In this document: piece after piece, positions 31,098 to 40,948 of the stretch | Numbering within the stretch: position 1 is the stretch's first letter | How the letters are laid out: every line of letters begins with the position of its first letter | Source of the DNA: Geopsychrobacteraceae bacterium | GTDB lineage: Bacteria; Desulfobacterota; Desulfuromonadia; Desulfuromonadales; Geopsychrobacteraceae | NCBI GenBank assembly: GCA_963676795.2 | Contig: CAXXTB010000002.1 | Span: forward strand, 256,001-320,000 | Length of the DNA: 64,000 nucleotides | Direction of reading: 5' to 3' | Position numbers and translations under genes: made by a program | The notes under the pieces: model-generated | The model's input: only the letters and a program-made list of their open reading frames with translations | The model's database searches: none | Told to the model about the DNA's origin: nothing

Positions 31098-32963
31098 TCA
31101 AGGGGCGCAGATCAGCAGCCCCTGGGTGAAGGCAAAATCGACCATTTCTTTGGCACACGACTTATCCAGCTGTGCCGTCAGTTCATTCATCGTCCGTCCT
31201 TCCGGGCAATCCGCCTCTTTCAGCAGCCCCGCGAATTGGTCGTCCAGGGTCTCCATGACCAGCTCTCCCCCCTGTTGCAGGAATATTCCGTATCCCTCGT
31301 GGAGGGTCAGTTGTCGAACCCGCTTGTCGAGTCTGAAATCTGCAATTTCGGCCAGTTCCTCCAGATCATAATGAAAACGACAGAGTTGTACCTGCGGGCT
31401 GAGGATGTATCTCTGGTTCGGGTTTCTGCGCTGGGTACGTGAAATCTTGCCAGGCTGGCATTCTCCGGCCAGCAGAATCTCCGCGCAGCAGAAATTGAAG
31501 TGAATCAGATCCTCGATCAGCCTCTGGAGTTTGGGATTCCGCCTGTCATCACAGAGGTTGCGGCAGAATGCGATCTGCAGTGGCAGGATCTGCTCAGGTT
31601 GCCAGCTGTCCGCAGCGAGGATCTGCTCCCGGGGCATTTTCCTGATCTCTTTCAGCCAGAGATAGAAGCTGTCGAGCAGTTGGTGCGGTTTCAGATTCAG
31701 GGTGGTCGTCAGCTGCCTGAAAAAACCGACGGCGCGACCGCGATTGTAAAAGATGTCGGCTGCGGCTGCCAGGTTACGGCTGGCTTCGAAATCTGCCGTG
31801 GAGTAGCTGCGGTTTTCGGTCTGCAGATAGGGCGGCTGCTGGGTGCCGAAGATACCGAAGCTGTCCTGGTTGGCGTAGATTTCCGTGCCGGGCAGGATCG
31901 ACAGCGGAAAGATGTCGACCTGGTTCGGTTGCAGCTCCAGGGCAAAATCGATGCTGGTGCAAAAACCCTCATGATTGTCCCCCGGCAGACCGTAGATCAG
32001 ATCGAGTCCGAAGGTGATGCCGGCGAAGGAGAGTTGTTCCATCTGACGGGTCATCTTCTGGTGGTCCAGGTGGCGGTGCAACGGCTTCAGAACCTCCTGG
32101 CGCGCTGACTGCAGGCCGATCTGGACCGAGCAGGAGAGTTGCGAGAGCAGATTTACCGTTTCCTCATCCAGATATTCGCTCTTGGCCTCGATGTGATAAT
32201 GAATATCAGGAGCCACCTCGAGAAGCAGGTTGAGCAGCTGCTTGCCACGCTGCGCCGGGGCGTTGAAGGAGGAGTCAAGTACCCAGACCTGGCTGACTCC
32301 CTTTTGGCTGAAGAGTTCGAGCTCCTGGCGCAGTCTGGAGAACGGCAGAGGCCTGACCCCTTTGTGCCCTTTGGCGTCGTAGCAGAAGGCGCAGTTGAAC
32401 TGACAACCACGGGCCACCTCCCAGAGGACACCGCAATCGGGGGCAAGAGGCAGATCCCCGGAGAGCCAGGGCGATGAAAGTTGTTCCAGGTCGGCGCAGG
32501 CGACCGAGGTGACGGACAGCTCCGGAGCTTCGGCGGTCAGCAGTCCGGTCCTGCTGATGAGCTTTTTCCCCTGATGGACTTCCTCGACCAGAGAGGCAAA
32601 GAGCTCTTCCCCTTCACCGCAGATTACGGCGTCCAGGGTTCCCTCGCCAAGCACACGCCGACTGTCGGCACTGGCTTCGGGGCCACCGGCAACAAGGATG
32701 ACCTCAGGCCGCAGCTGGCGAATCGTTCTGGCCAGGGCGAGCAGGTCGAGGCGATTCCAGAGATAGATGGAAAAGGCGATCAGCGCCGGATTGCTTTTGA
32801 GCAGGCTGGTGGCTGTTGCTTCGACATCGTAGCCCGGGAAGAGCTCGATCAGGGTTGTTGCCCGGCGGTATTGTGCAGGCAGGGCCGCTTTGATCGAACC
32901 GGCAGCCAGGGGAATCGCCTGGGCCGACGGGCGGACATGTTGACTGATGATCTGAATCTGCAT
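31098..32963 (-). CDS. B12-binding radical SAM protein
   Basis: GGPE, GEGE, RGCQFNCAFC, DLIYGLPGD; start may be 32978. Confidence 0.9.
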   Translation of the reverse strand: MQIQIISQHVRPSAQAIPLAAGSIKAALPAQYRRATTLIELFPGYDVEATATSLLKSNPALIAFSIYLWNRLDLLALARTIRQLRPEVILVAGGPEASADSRRVLGEGTLDAVICGEGEELFASLVEEVHQGKKLISRTGLLTAEAPELSVTSVACADLEQLSSPWLSGDLPLAPDCGVLWEVARGCQFNCAFCYDAKGHKGVRPLPFSRLRQELELFSQKGVSQVWVLDSSFNAPAQRGKQLLNLLLEVAPDIHYHIEAKSEYLDEETVNLLSQLSCSVQIGLQSARQEVLKPLHRHLDHQKMTRQMEQLSFAGITFGLDLIYGLPGDNHEGFCTSIDFALELQPNQVDIFPLSILPGTEIYANQDSFGIFGTQQPPYLQTENRSYSTADFEASRNLAAAADIFYNRGRAVGFFRQLTTTLNLKPHQLLDSFYLWLKEIRKMPREQILAADSWQPEQILPLQIAFCRNLCDDRRNPKLQRLIEDLIHFNFCCAEILLAGECQPGKISRTQRRNPNQRYILSPQVQLCRFHYDLEELAEIADFRLDKRVRQLTLHEGYGIFLQQGGELVMETLDDQFAGLLKEADCPEGRTMNELTAQLDKSCAKEMVDFAFTQGLLICAP

Positions 32964-32974
32964 AATGAAACTGT

Positions 32975-33520
32975 TCAACTTTTCGGGCGGACTTTGATAC
33001 GTGGTTTGCCGTCACTGGTGTCGATGGTGAATTCCACAGGCCGGTCGCCATAACGACTGCGGATGTTTTCCTGCTGGGTCTTGAGAAATGCTGCAACCTT
33101 TTCGATGCTGGGTGCGTCTCCTGTCATGCCGCAGTCACTGCGAGCCTTGGCTAATTGTCGCTGGAGGCTTGCCGCTTCGCTCTGCGTCTCCTGGGTTTCT
33201 GCTGGCGCTTTGGGCAGCCCGGTGGGTTTGCGGACCTGCTGGCGGTGATATTTGCCTTCATCGATCAAACGCAGAATGCGGTCCCAGTACTGACTGTAGG
33301 ACATGAATCTTGAGGCCAGCCCCTGGTAGCGGAACTTGAGTTCTGTCCAGACGATGGCCCGGTTGGTGAACTGGCGCAGGCGTCTGGCCAGGTTGCGCCG
33401 TTCATTGTAAGGTTCACGACGTTCAATGCCGGCAAAGTACTGCTCATAACGTACCTCGAGCTCTTTCATCTCGTCCTGAATGGCGTCCAGTTCCTGAGCA
33501 AGTTGTCGGCGGTCGTTCAT
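32975..33520 (-). CDS. Conserved hypothetical protein resembling the MXAN_5187 C-terminal domain
   Basis: LEVRYEQYFAGIERREP...YWDRILRLIDEG, recalled similarity. Confidence 0.7.
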   Translation of the reverse strand: MNDRRQLAQELDAIQDEMKELEVRYEQYFAGIERREPYNERRNLARRLRQFTNRAIVWTELKFRYQGLASRFMSYSQYWDRILRLIDEGKYHRQQVRKPTGLPKAPAETQETQSEAASLQRQLAKARSDCGMTGDAPSIEKVAAFLKTQQENIRSRYGDRPVEFTIDTSDGKPRIKVRPKS

Positions 33521-33680
33521 GAATATCTCCTTTTCCCTGCAGAACTATACGTCAGAGGCCGGTTATGTGTAAATGATTACACAGATTACGATTCAATTAA
33601 TTTCCCATCTTGCCCCTTGACGAGGTTAATATTGTCGGGAATACTCAGATCTTTCCAAATAATTATGAGATGAGGTGGAT

Positions 33681-35057
33681 ATGCAAAACGGATTAGCTGC
33701 GGTTCTGCTCGCGGCCGGAAAAGGGACGCGGATGAAGTCGAAACTGCCCAAGGTTCTGCATCCTTTATGCGGTCGGGCGATGCTTTCCTATCCGCTCGAT
33801 GCAGCCCGGTTCGCCGGTTTCTCACGGCTGAAGGTTGTTATTGGCCATGGTGCGGAGCTGGTTCAGGAGACCATGCAGGCCGAAGATATAGAGTGGGTCG
33901 AGCAGACTGAGCAACTTGGTACCGGCCACGCCCTGATGTGCGCGGCAGACGTTCTGCAGGGCTATCGCGGACCATTGCTGCTGCTTTGCGGTGATGTTCC
34001 GCTGATCCGTACCGAGACGCTCAAGCGGTTGCTCGATTATCATCAGCAACAGAATGCCGCCGTGACGGTTTTGACTGCACATATGGAAAACCCGACCGGT
34101 TACGGACGGATCCTCCGCGACGGGGATCAGGTTTTTGGCATTGTCGAGCAGAAGGATGCCAGCGAAGAACAGCTTCAGATCAGCGAAATCAATACCGGCA
34201 CCTATATCTTTGATGCGGAATTTGTTTTTGAGGCCTTAAAGGGGCTGAATACCAATAATGCCCAGGGAGAATACTACCTGACCGATGTGGTTGCCGCTGC
34301 GGCTGCCGCCGGGCGGGTAACGCGTGGCCTGGCCGTTGAGGATGCCAGTGAGGCGATGGGGGTCAACGATCGTTGCCAGTTGGCCGAAGCCGAAGTGTTG
34401 ATGCGCTGGAAAATCAACACCGACCTGATGCTGGGCGGCATCTCGATGAGCGACCCGACCACCGTCTATGTTGATAATGGCGTTGAAATCGGCATGGATA
34501 CCCAGCTTCATCCCAACGTTCACCTGCGCGGCAAAACATCCATCGGTTCCAACTGTATCATCGAGACCGGTGTCATCGTTGTCGATTCGCAGATTGGCGA
34601 CCATGTTCACTTAAAAGCCGGCACGACTATCGAAGAGTCGCTGGTCGGCCCGAAATGCAAGATCGGTCCAATGGCCCACCTGCGCCCAGGGACGGAGTTG
34701 ACCGGGAACAACAAGCTCGGCAACTTTGTGGAAACCAAAAAGGCGGTTTTTGGTGAAGGATCCCAGGCCAGCCATCTGACCTACATCGGTGATGCCGAGG
34801 TCGGTAGGAATGTCAACTTCGGTTGCGGAACCATCACCTGCAACTATGACGGGGTGAACAAATACAAGACCATCGTTGAGGACGATGTTTTTGTCGGCAG
34901 TGACACGCAGTTCATTGCTCCGGTCAGGGTCGGCAAGAACAGCACCATTGCCGCCGGTTCGACGATCACCAAGAATGTTCCGGACGGTTCGCTGGCCATG
35001 TCGCGAACGCCGCAGCGGATCATTTCCGGCTGGCATGATAGAAAACTGAAAAAATAG
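33681..35057 (+). CDS. glmU: Bifunctional GlmU
   Basis: [18 protein letters not shown], hexapeptide repeats, CNYDG. Confidence 0.98.
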   Translation: MQNGLAAVLLAAGKGTRMKSKLPKVLHPLCGRAMLSYPLDAARFAGFSRLKVVIGHGAELVQETMQAEDIEWVEQTEQLGTGHALMCAADVLQGYRGPLLLLCGDVPLIRTETLKRLLDYHQQQNAAVTVLTAHMENPTGYGRILRDGDQVFGIVEQKDASEEQLQISEINTGTYIFDAEFVFEALKGLNTNNAQGEYYLTDVVAAAAAAGRVTRGLAVEDASEAMGVNDRCQLAEAEVLMRWKINTDLMLGGISMSDPTTVYVDNGVEIGMDTQLHPNVHLRGKTSIGSNCIIETGVIVVDSQIGDHVHLKAGTTIEESLVGPKCKIGPMAHLRPGTELTGNNKLGNFVETKKAVFGEGSQASHLTYIGDAEVGRNVNFGCGTITCNYDGVNKYKTIVEDDVFVGSDTQFIAPVRVGKNSTIAAGSTITKNVPDGSLAMSRTPQRIISGWHDRKLKK

Positions 35058-35073
35058 GCATACGGAGGAATCT

Positions 35074-36903
35074 ATGTGCGGCATTGTTGGCTATATCGGA
35101 AAACAGGAAGCGTCGCCGATCATCATCGATGGTTTGCGGCGCCTTGAATATCGCGGCTACGACTCGGCCGGAATCTGTACCCTTAACGGCGCTGGGGCGC
35201 AGATTTACAGGGCCCAGGGGAAATTGATCAACCTGGAGAATATCCTGCGCGACACACCGGCAACGGGGACGCGCGGCATCGGCCATACCCGCTGGGCGAC
35301 CCATGGACGCCCTTCGGAGGTCAATGCCCATCCGCACAAGTCGGGCAGCATCGTTGTTGTTCATAACGGGATCATCGAGAACTACCTGAAACTCAAGCAG
35401 GAACTGATGGCCGCCGGTCACGTTTTCTCCTCGGAGACCGATACCGAGATCATCGCTCACCTGATCGATCAGCACTACTCGAAGAGCGGTGATTTTGAAG
35501 CTGCGGTCAGAAAAGCTCTGGAAGAAGTCAGGGGTGCTTACGCGGTGGCGATTCTGTGCAGCGACGAACCGGACAAGCTGATCGCGGCCAAGCTCGGCTC
35601 ACCGCTGGTTGTCGGTCAGGGGGAGGGTGAATACTTTGTCGCCTCCGACATTCCGGCCATGCTCTCGCATACCCGCGATATGATCTTTCTCGAAGATGGC
35701 GAGCTCGTGGTCTTTACACCGGATTCTATGCGGGTCACCGATCTTGCCGGCAAGCCGCTTGAAAAAGAGGTCAAGACCATCACCTGGAATCCGCTGATGG
35801 CCGAAAAGGGCGGGTACAAGCATTTCATGCTCAAGGAGATCTATGAGCAGCCGCGTGCATTGGCCGATACCATTGCCGGGCGCCTGCAGAGCGACGAAGG
35901 GGAGGTCTATCTGGAGGGGCTGGGTTTAAGCGATGAACAGTTGGGGCGCCTGGAGAAGATCTTCATTATCGCCTGCGGTACCTCCTGGCATTCCGGACTG
36001 GTCGGCAAATTCTATATCGAGAAGCTGGCCCGTATTCCGGTCGAGATCGATATCGCCAGCGAGTTCCGTTATCGTGATCCGATCATCAGTGACAACAGTC
36101 TGACCGTGCTGATCAGTCAGAGCGGTGAGACGGCCGATACCCTGGCGGCTTTGCGCGAGGCCAAGGGCAAAGGCGGGAAAACCCTCTGTATCTGCAACGT
36201 GGTCGATTCCTCCATCTCCCGCGAGAGTGACGGCGTCATCTATACCCATGCCGGTCCGGAGATTGGCGTCGCTTCGACCAAAGCTTTTACCACCCAGCTG
36301 GTTGCTCTTTACCAGTTGGCTCTCAAACTGGGGCGAATCCGCGGTACCCTCTCTGGGGAGGAGTGTCGCAAGCAGATCGAAGCTCTGGTCGCGTTACCGC
36401 GCCTGCTGGAAACAACCCTGGAGATCGACAGCCATATCGAAGAGATTTCCAGGGAGTTTATGAACGCCCGCGATTTCCTCTATCTCGGTCGCGGCAACCA
36501 GTATCCGATCGCCCTTGAGGGGGCGTTGAAGCTCAAGGAGATCTCCTATATCCACGCCGAAGGTTACCCGGCCGGCGAGATGAAACACGGCCCGATTGCC
36601 CTGATCGACGAGAATCTGCCGGTGGTAGTTCTGGTGCCGAAGAACTCAACCTATGAAAAGGTTGTGTCCAACATGGAAGAGGTCTGCGCCCGGGGCGGCA
36701 AGGTTATTGCCATCGTTTGCGGTGAGGATAAGCAACTGGCCGACAAGGTGTCCGCACTGATCAGCATCCCGGAAACGACCGAGGACCTGATGCCGATTCT
36801 GACCTCGGTGCCGATACAGCTGCTGGCCTACCATATCGCCGTGCTCAAAGGAACGGATGTCGACCAGCCGAGAAACCTGGCTAAAAGTGTTACTGTTGAA
36901 TGA
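35074..36903 (+). CDS. glmS: Glutamine--fructose-6-phosphate transaminase
   Basis: [25 protein letters not shown]. Confidence 0.99.
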   Translation: MCGIVGYIGKQEASPIIIDGLRRLEYRGYDSAGICTLNGAGAQIYRAQGKLINLENILRDTPATGTRGIGHTRWATHGRPSEVNAHPHKSGSIVVVHNGIIENYLKLKQELMAAGHVFSSETDTEIIAHLIDQHYSKSGDFEAAVRKALEEVRGAYAVAILCSDEPDKLIAAKLGSPLVVGQGEGEYFVASDIPAMLSHTRDMIFLEDGELVVFTPDSMRVTDLAGKPLEKEVKTITWNPLMAEKGGYKHFMLKEIYEQPRALADTIAGRLQSDEGEVYLEGLGLSDEQLGRLEKIFIIACGTSWHSGLVGKFYIEKLARIPVEIDIASEFRYRDPIISDNSLTVLISQSGETADTLAALREAKGKGGKTLCICNVVDSSISRESDGVIYTHAGPEIGVASTKAFTTQLVALYQLALKLGRIRGTLSGEECRKQIEALVALPRLLETTLEIDSHIEEISREFMNARDFLYLGRGNQYPIALEGALKLKEISYIHAEGYPAGEMKHGPIALIDENLPVVVLVPKNSTYEKVVSNMEEVCARGGKVIAIVCGEDKQLADKVSALISIPETTEDLMPILTSVPIQLLAYHIAVLKGTDVDQPRNLAKSVTVE

Positions 36904-36961
36904 GTAACTGATGTTTCCGTGGTTGTCCGTGTCTAAGTTGATAAAATAAATATGTTATTAA

Positions 36962-37004
36962 TGTTCCGTGGCATGCAGAGCAGTGCTCTGCATGCCACGG
37001 AACA
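36962..37004. repeat. Perfect 21-bp-arm palindrome (REP-like/terminator)
   Basis: TGTTCCGTGGCATGCAGAGCA-G-TGCTCTGCATGCCACGGAACA. Confidence 0.85.
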
Positions 37005-37625
37005 CTTTTGAAAGATTTTTCAACGATTTCATTGGTTTTTAGCCTGGTTGATATCATCGTAAATATGACAGGAGGGGGATGCGTTACACCCCTCTTGCCG
37101 TAGCAGGAGTCTGTTTGATCAATATTCTGTTGGGCTCCAAGGTTGATGAACATAAGTTCAACAGGGATCATATGGTCGAAGAACGTGCCGGAGGTTTCAA
37201 AAAAGCGGCTTAGACAGGCTTTCTATTTTAATTTGATAACTTCATCGGCCCGATAGAAGGCATTCTGGTAATGCCTCTTTAATCGGGCCGATTTTATTGT
37301 AGATTGAGTGTTCTTGGATCCTGTCGGAACAGGCAGGGTTCAATTGAAGGAAAAAGAAGTCCCCTTTCTCATGGGGTGATGAGAAAGGGGAAAAATGGAA
37401 TGGGGTGTAGCTGCAAGCCTGCTTACTGTAAAGAGGTGGGAAACAGTAAGCAGGCTTTTTGTTAGCCAAATTACATGGGAAGGGGAAGTAAGTGGGCTAA
37501 CGGTTAGTAGGTTAACTACGCGTAGGTAGTTTGTCAATCTCTTTTTGGTGATAATTTCCATTTCCTGTATTTTCATATCTGCTGCCAGGATTCTTCAAAT
37601 TGCAGGTGAGATCTGGGGGTAATCT

Positions 37626-38996
37626 TCACGCACTTTTTCTTTTTTCGTCATGGAGCGATTTAAGCATATCTGTTCTTTCACCGCGAAATTCTGAGAGTTT
37701 AAGAACTTTGTTCACTTTCATTTCTGGTTGTCCGGTAATCAGACGGCAGTTTTTGCTGACGGACAGATAACTCCAGAGCCAGGAAAAGATGACAGAGAGT
37801 TTATTGCGGAAGCCAAATAGTGGTATCAGGTGGACGAGCCCCCAGAGTAGCCAGGCGCTGAAGCCTCCAAATTGTTTCCTGCTGACCTGGGCAACTGCTC
37901 GATTACGGCCTATGGTCGCCATGCTGCCTTTATTTTTATAGGAGAAGGTGGGGCGGTCTTCAATCCTGGACGGGGCAATGCTCTCGCGGCGAATGATTCC
38001 GGCAACGAAACGGCCCATCTGCATGGCCGCTGGCGCAACACCAGGAACGGGCTTGCCGGTCTTTACGTCGCTGGCATGAGCCATATCTCCGATAATGAAG
38101 ACCTCAGGGTGGCCGGGTAGGGTAAGAGACTCTGTCACTAGAAGTCGTCCCTGTGGGTCGTGTTCTGCCTGTGGATACAGATTGATGTCGGACCCTTTGA
38201 CTCCTGCGGCCCAGATAATGTTTTCAGCCGGAAAATGCTTGTTGTCGATACTGACGACCCCGCTGCCGATATTGCCGACACGGCTGTTCAGAAGTACCTG
38301 AACCCCCATTTTCTCGAGGTCTCGCTGCGCTCGTAACGCCAGCCTTTCGGGAAGCGCCGCCAGTAGCCTTGGACCGGCTTCAACCAACAGAACACGAGCT
38401 GTTGTTGTATCGATATGACGAAAATCCTGAGGGACCGTTTTTGCTGCGATCTCTTTCAGGGCTCCCGCCAGTTCGACCCCGGTAGGTCCGCCACCGACAA
38501 CAACAAAAGTCAGTTTCGCCTGACGTGCAACCGGATCGGCTTCCCACTCGGCTTCTTCGTAAGCCAACAGGACCCTGCGACGAATTTCCAGAGCGTCATC
38601 CACTGTCTTTAAGCCTGGCGCATGCTCTGCCCATTCGTCATGGCCAAAGTAAGAATGGGTCGCGCCATTGGCCAGGATCAGATAGTCATAAGGCATAGAG
38701 TTCTGTTTGAAGTGGGCCAGGCGCTTGTTGAGATCAACACCTGTTAATTCATCAAGAACAACGGTGGTGTTTTTCTGGTTACGTAATACACGTCTGATAG
38801 GGGTTGCTATATCTGCCGGTGACAGGACCGCTGTTGCGACCTGGTAAAGCAGGGGTTGAAAAAGGTGATAATTGTTTTTGTCCGCCAGGGTAATTTCAAC
38901 AGGAGATTTGGCCAGACCGCGCGCGCAGGAAAGGCCGGCGAAACCACCACCGACAATAACGACTTTTGGAGTTAAGGATCTGGGTACATGGATCAT
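37626..38996 (-). CDS. ndh: Type II NADH dehydrogenase
   Basis: GGGFAG, FQPLLYQVAT, GGGPTGVE, WAAGV; AGGAGG SD before ATG 38996. Confidence 0.93.
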   Translation of the reverse strand: MIHVPRSLTPKVVIVGGGFAGLSCARGLAKSPVEITLADKNNYHLFQPLLYQVATAVLSPADIATPIRRVLRNQKNTTVVLDELTGVDLNKRLAHFKQNSMPYDYLILANGATHSYFGHDEWAEHAPGLKTVDDALEIRRRVLLAYEEAEWEADPVARQAKLTFVVVGGGPTGVELAGALKEIAAKTVPQDFRHIDTTTARVLLVEAGPRLLAALPERLALRAQRDLEKMGVQVLLNSRVGNIGSGVVSIDNKHFPAENIIWAAGVKGSDINLYPQAEHDPQGRLLVTESLTLPGHPEVFIIGDMAHASDVKTGKPVPGVAPAAMQMGRFVAGIIRRESIAPSRIEDRPTFSYKNKGSMATIGRNRAVAQVSRKQFGGFSAWLLWGLVHLIPLFGFRNKLSVIFSWLWSYLSVSKNCRLITGQPEMKVNKVLKLSEFRGERTDMLKSLHDEKRKSA

Positions 38997-39265
38997 GGGG
39001 CCTCCTGTGAAAAGAAACATCGGGTCATAGTTGATCAGACAATAAGGGGAATCTAAAACGCCATAAGTTCTTCATGGAAGCCATGTCACATGACTGCTTT
39101 TATGATAGTAATATGGCTAACAGTAAGGAGGTTAACTAATGGTTTGGTCGATGTCAACAGTTTTTAACTGCTCTTCTGGTGGGATGACTGTAGAGTACTG
39201 TTCGATTCCTACCTTGTTTTAAATCTTCAGGCCTGCGTGGTTGATGATCCGGAAAGAGGGCAAAA

Positions 39266-39297
39266 CAAAGGCGCGGGGAAATTCCCCGCGCCTTTGT
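39266..39297 (-). terminator. Terminator of the cytochrome gene
   Basis: ACAAAGGCGCGGGGA/TCCCCGCGCCTTTGT, T-rich tail on the minus strand. Confidence 0.8.
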
Positions 39298-39322
39298 CTG
39301 TCCTGAGGTGTGTTACTGGATA

Positions 39323-40705
39323 TCAGTTCTTGGTTCTCGCGTAGCGCTGGTTGACGATCGGGTCAGCTGTGTAGCCGAGCGCCTTCCAGTCCATACGGCC
39401 GTTGTCGCCGTGGCAGTCGAGGCAGCCGAGAGCCTGCTCTTTCGGGGCGACCATGTGGTTGATGCGCCAGTACATGGCGGTCGGTGCAAAACCGTACTCA
39501 CCGCTGTAGTCGAGGCCGACTTCATTCATTCCGATTTTGGAGGCGGCATCCCAGTCGTTGGTAGCCCAGAAACCACCCTTGCCAAACAGCTTAGGCGTCA
39601 TGAAGTAGAGGTTTTTGCTGTCGTAGATCTGCTTGCCGGTATGGAGCTTGAACGGATAGATCTTGGCTTCCTTATCGCTGCGTTTGCCGTTCGGATAGCT
39701 GAGCAGAGTCGTCTGGGTCGGATCGATCTTGTCGCCGAGCTGGTAGACACCGGCGGTGCCGTCATACCAGGCGTATTCGGGGGTAATCATCATGCCCCAG
39801 GTGAAGTTGCCCTTCTTCTTGTCATAATTCGGTTTACCGTACTGATCTTTTTCAGGCTTGATATCCTGGCCGGCAGTCGACCAGTCCCAGCTGGTTTTGG
39901 TCGGAACTTCCTTGGCAAAATAAGGAATATGGCAGGTCTGACAGGCGACGGTGTCAAGGTGCTGGTTGATCAGCGATTCGCTGTGAACCTCTCCTTCGTG
40001 ACAGCCGACACAACCGATATGGTTTTGCCCTTTAGGAGAGACGACCATCGCGTTGCCGGTGATTTTGTGATCGGTTGTTTCGTGGCAACTGGTACAGGTG
40101 AAGTCGTTGCCGTCAGCCGCCATATGGACATCGAGCTCGGCCGTCGGATTGGTCAGGCTGGAATCGAGATCGCCGTGCTTGACGGCATCGCCGCCGCCGC
40201 CAAAGAAGTGGCAGGCACCGCAGGTCTGACGGGAGGTTGCACCGACGTTCTGGGCAACGGCGAGCAGATCGACTTTTTCATCCGGCATCCCGGCGCCGGT
40301 CGGGGTCTTTTTGTATTTGCCGGTGGTATCGTGGCAGACCAGGCAGTCGACCTTGGAGGCGTCGCTTAAATCGAAGCTGTTGTCTTTCCAGCCATAGCCG
40401 ATGTGGCAGCTGGTACAGCGCGGCTCGTTGGTGCGGATCGAGATACAGAAGTTGTTGACAGTATCGGCCTTGCCGCGTTGGACCGTTTTGCCGTCGATGA
40501 CCTGTTCGGCTGTCCAGGTCCAGTGGCTGGTCATCATGATATTTGATGCAGCGTCTTCATGACATTCCAGACAGACTTTGGTGACCTCTGGTCCGGTTTT
40601 CAGTGGTCCTTCAATGAAGGAATGGTTGGATGCTTCGGCCGTTACGGTCAAAAACAACCCTAACGCAAGCAGGCAGAGCACAAGGACTTCTGTTGTTTTC
40701 CTCAT
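39323..40705 (-). CDS. Octaheme c-type cytochrome, tetrathionate reductase (Otr) family
   Basis: Signal peptide; 8 CxxCH; CHIGYGW, GGGGDAVKHGDLD, INHMVAPKEQAL. Confidence 0.92.
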   Translation of the reverse strand: MRKTTEVLVLCLLALGLFLTVTAEASNHSFIEGPLKTGPEVTKVCLECHEDAASNIMMTSHWTWTAEQVIDGKTVQRGKADTVNNFCISIRTNEPRCTSCHIGYGWKDNSFDLSDASKVDCLVCHDTTGKYKKTPTGAGMPDEKVDLLAVAQNVGATSRQTCGACHFFGGGGDAVKHGDLDSSLTNPTAELDVHMAADGNDFTCTSCHETTDHKITGNAMVVSPKGQNHIGCVGCHEGEVHSESLINQHLDTVACQTCHIPYFAKEVPTKTSWDWSTAGQDIKPEKDQYGKPNYDKKKGNFTWGMMITPEYAWYDGTAGVYQLGDKIDPTQTTLLSYPNGKRSDKEAKIYPFKLHTGKQIYDSKNLYFMTPKLFGKGGFWATNDWDAASKIGMNEVGLDYSGEYGFAPTAMYWRINHMVAPKEQALGCLDCHGDNGRMDWKALGYTADPIVNQRYARTKN

Positions 40706-40948
40706 AGATAACTCCTTTCAAGACACATGAAAGTGCGCACTTTACGTTGCAAAAAGGCGTCAAAAACAAATCAGTCTGTACTGCACAATCCAGAGAGCTG
40801 TGGCAGTAGCCCGCAGGATTGATGGTGCAAATTTAATATATTGATTCAAAGATAAGCGTAACCCAGTGTCGATGAGGATGCAACATAAATACTACATAAA
40901 AAATGTAGGAAATACCGACACGGAAGGTCATGATTTCATGGAGTTGGC

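Noticed and set aside
36904..36960. Tn7 end at attTn7
   Set aside because: No repeated TnsB-like sites, no tns genes and no matching second end
40745..40765. sigma54 promoter for the octaheme cytochrome
   Set aside because: GA instead of GG and the spacing is one base short
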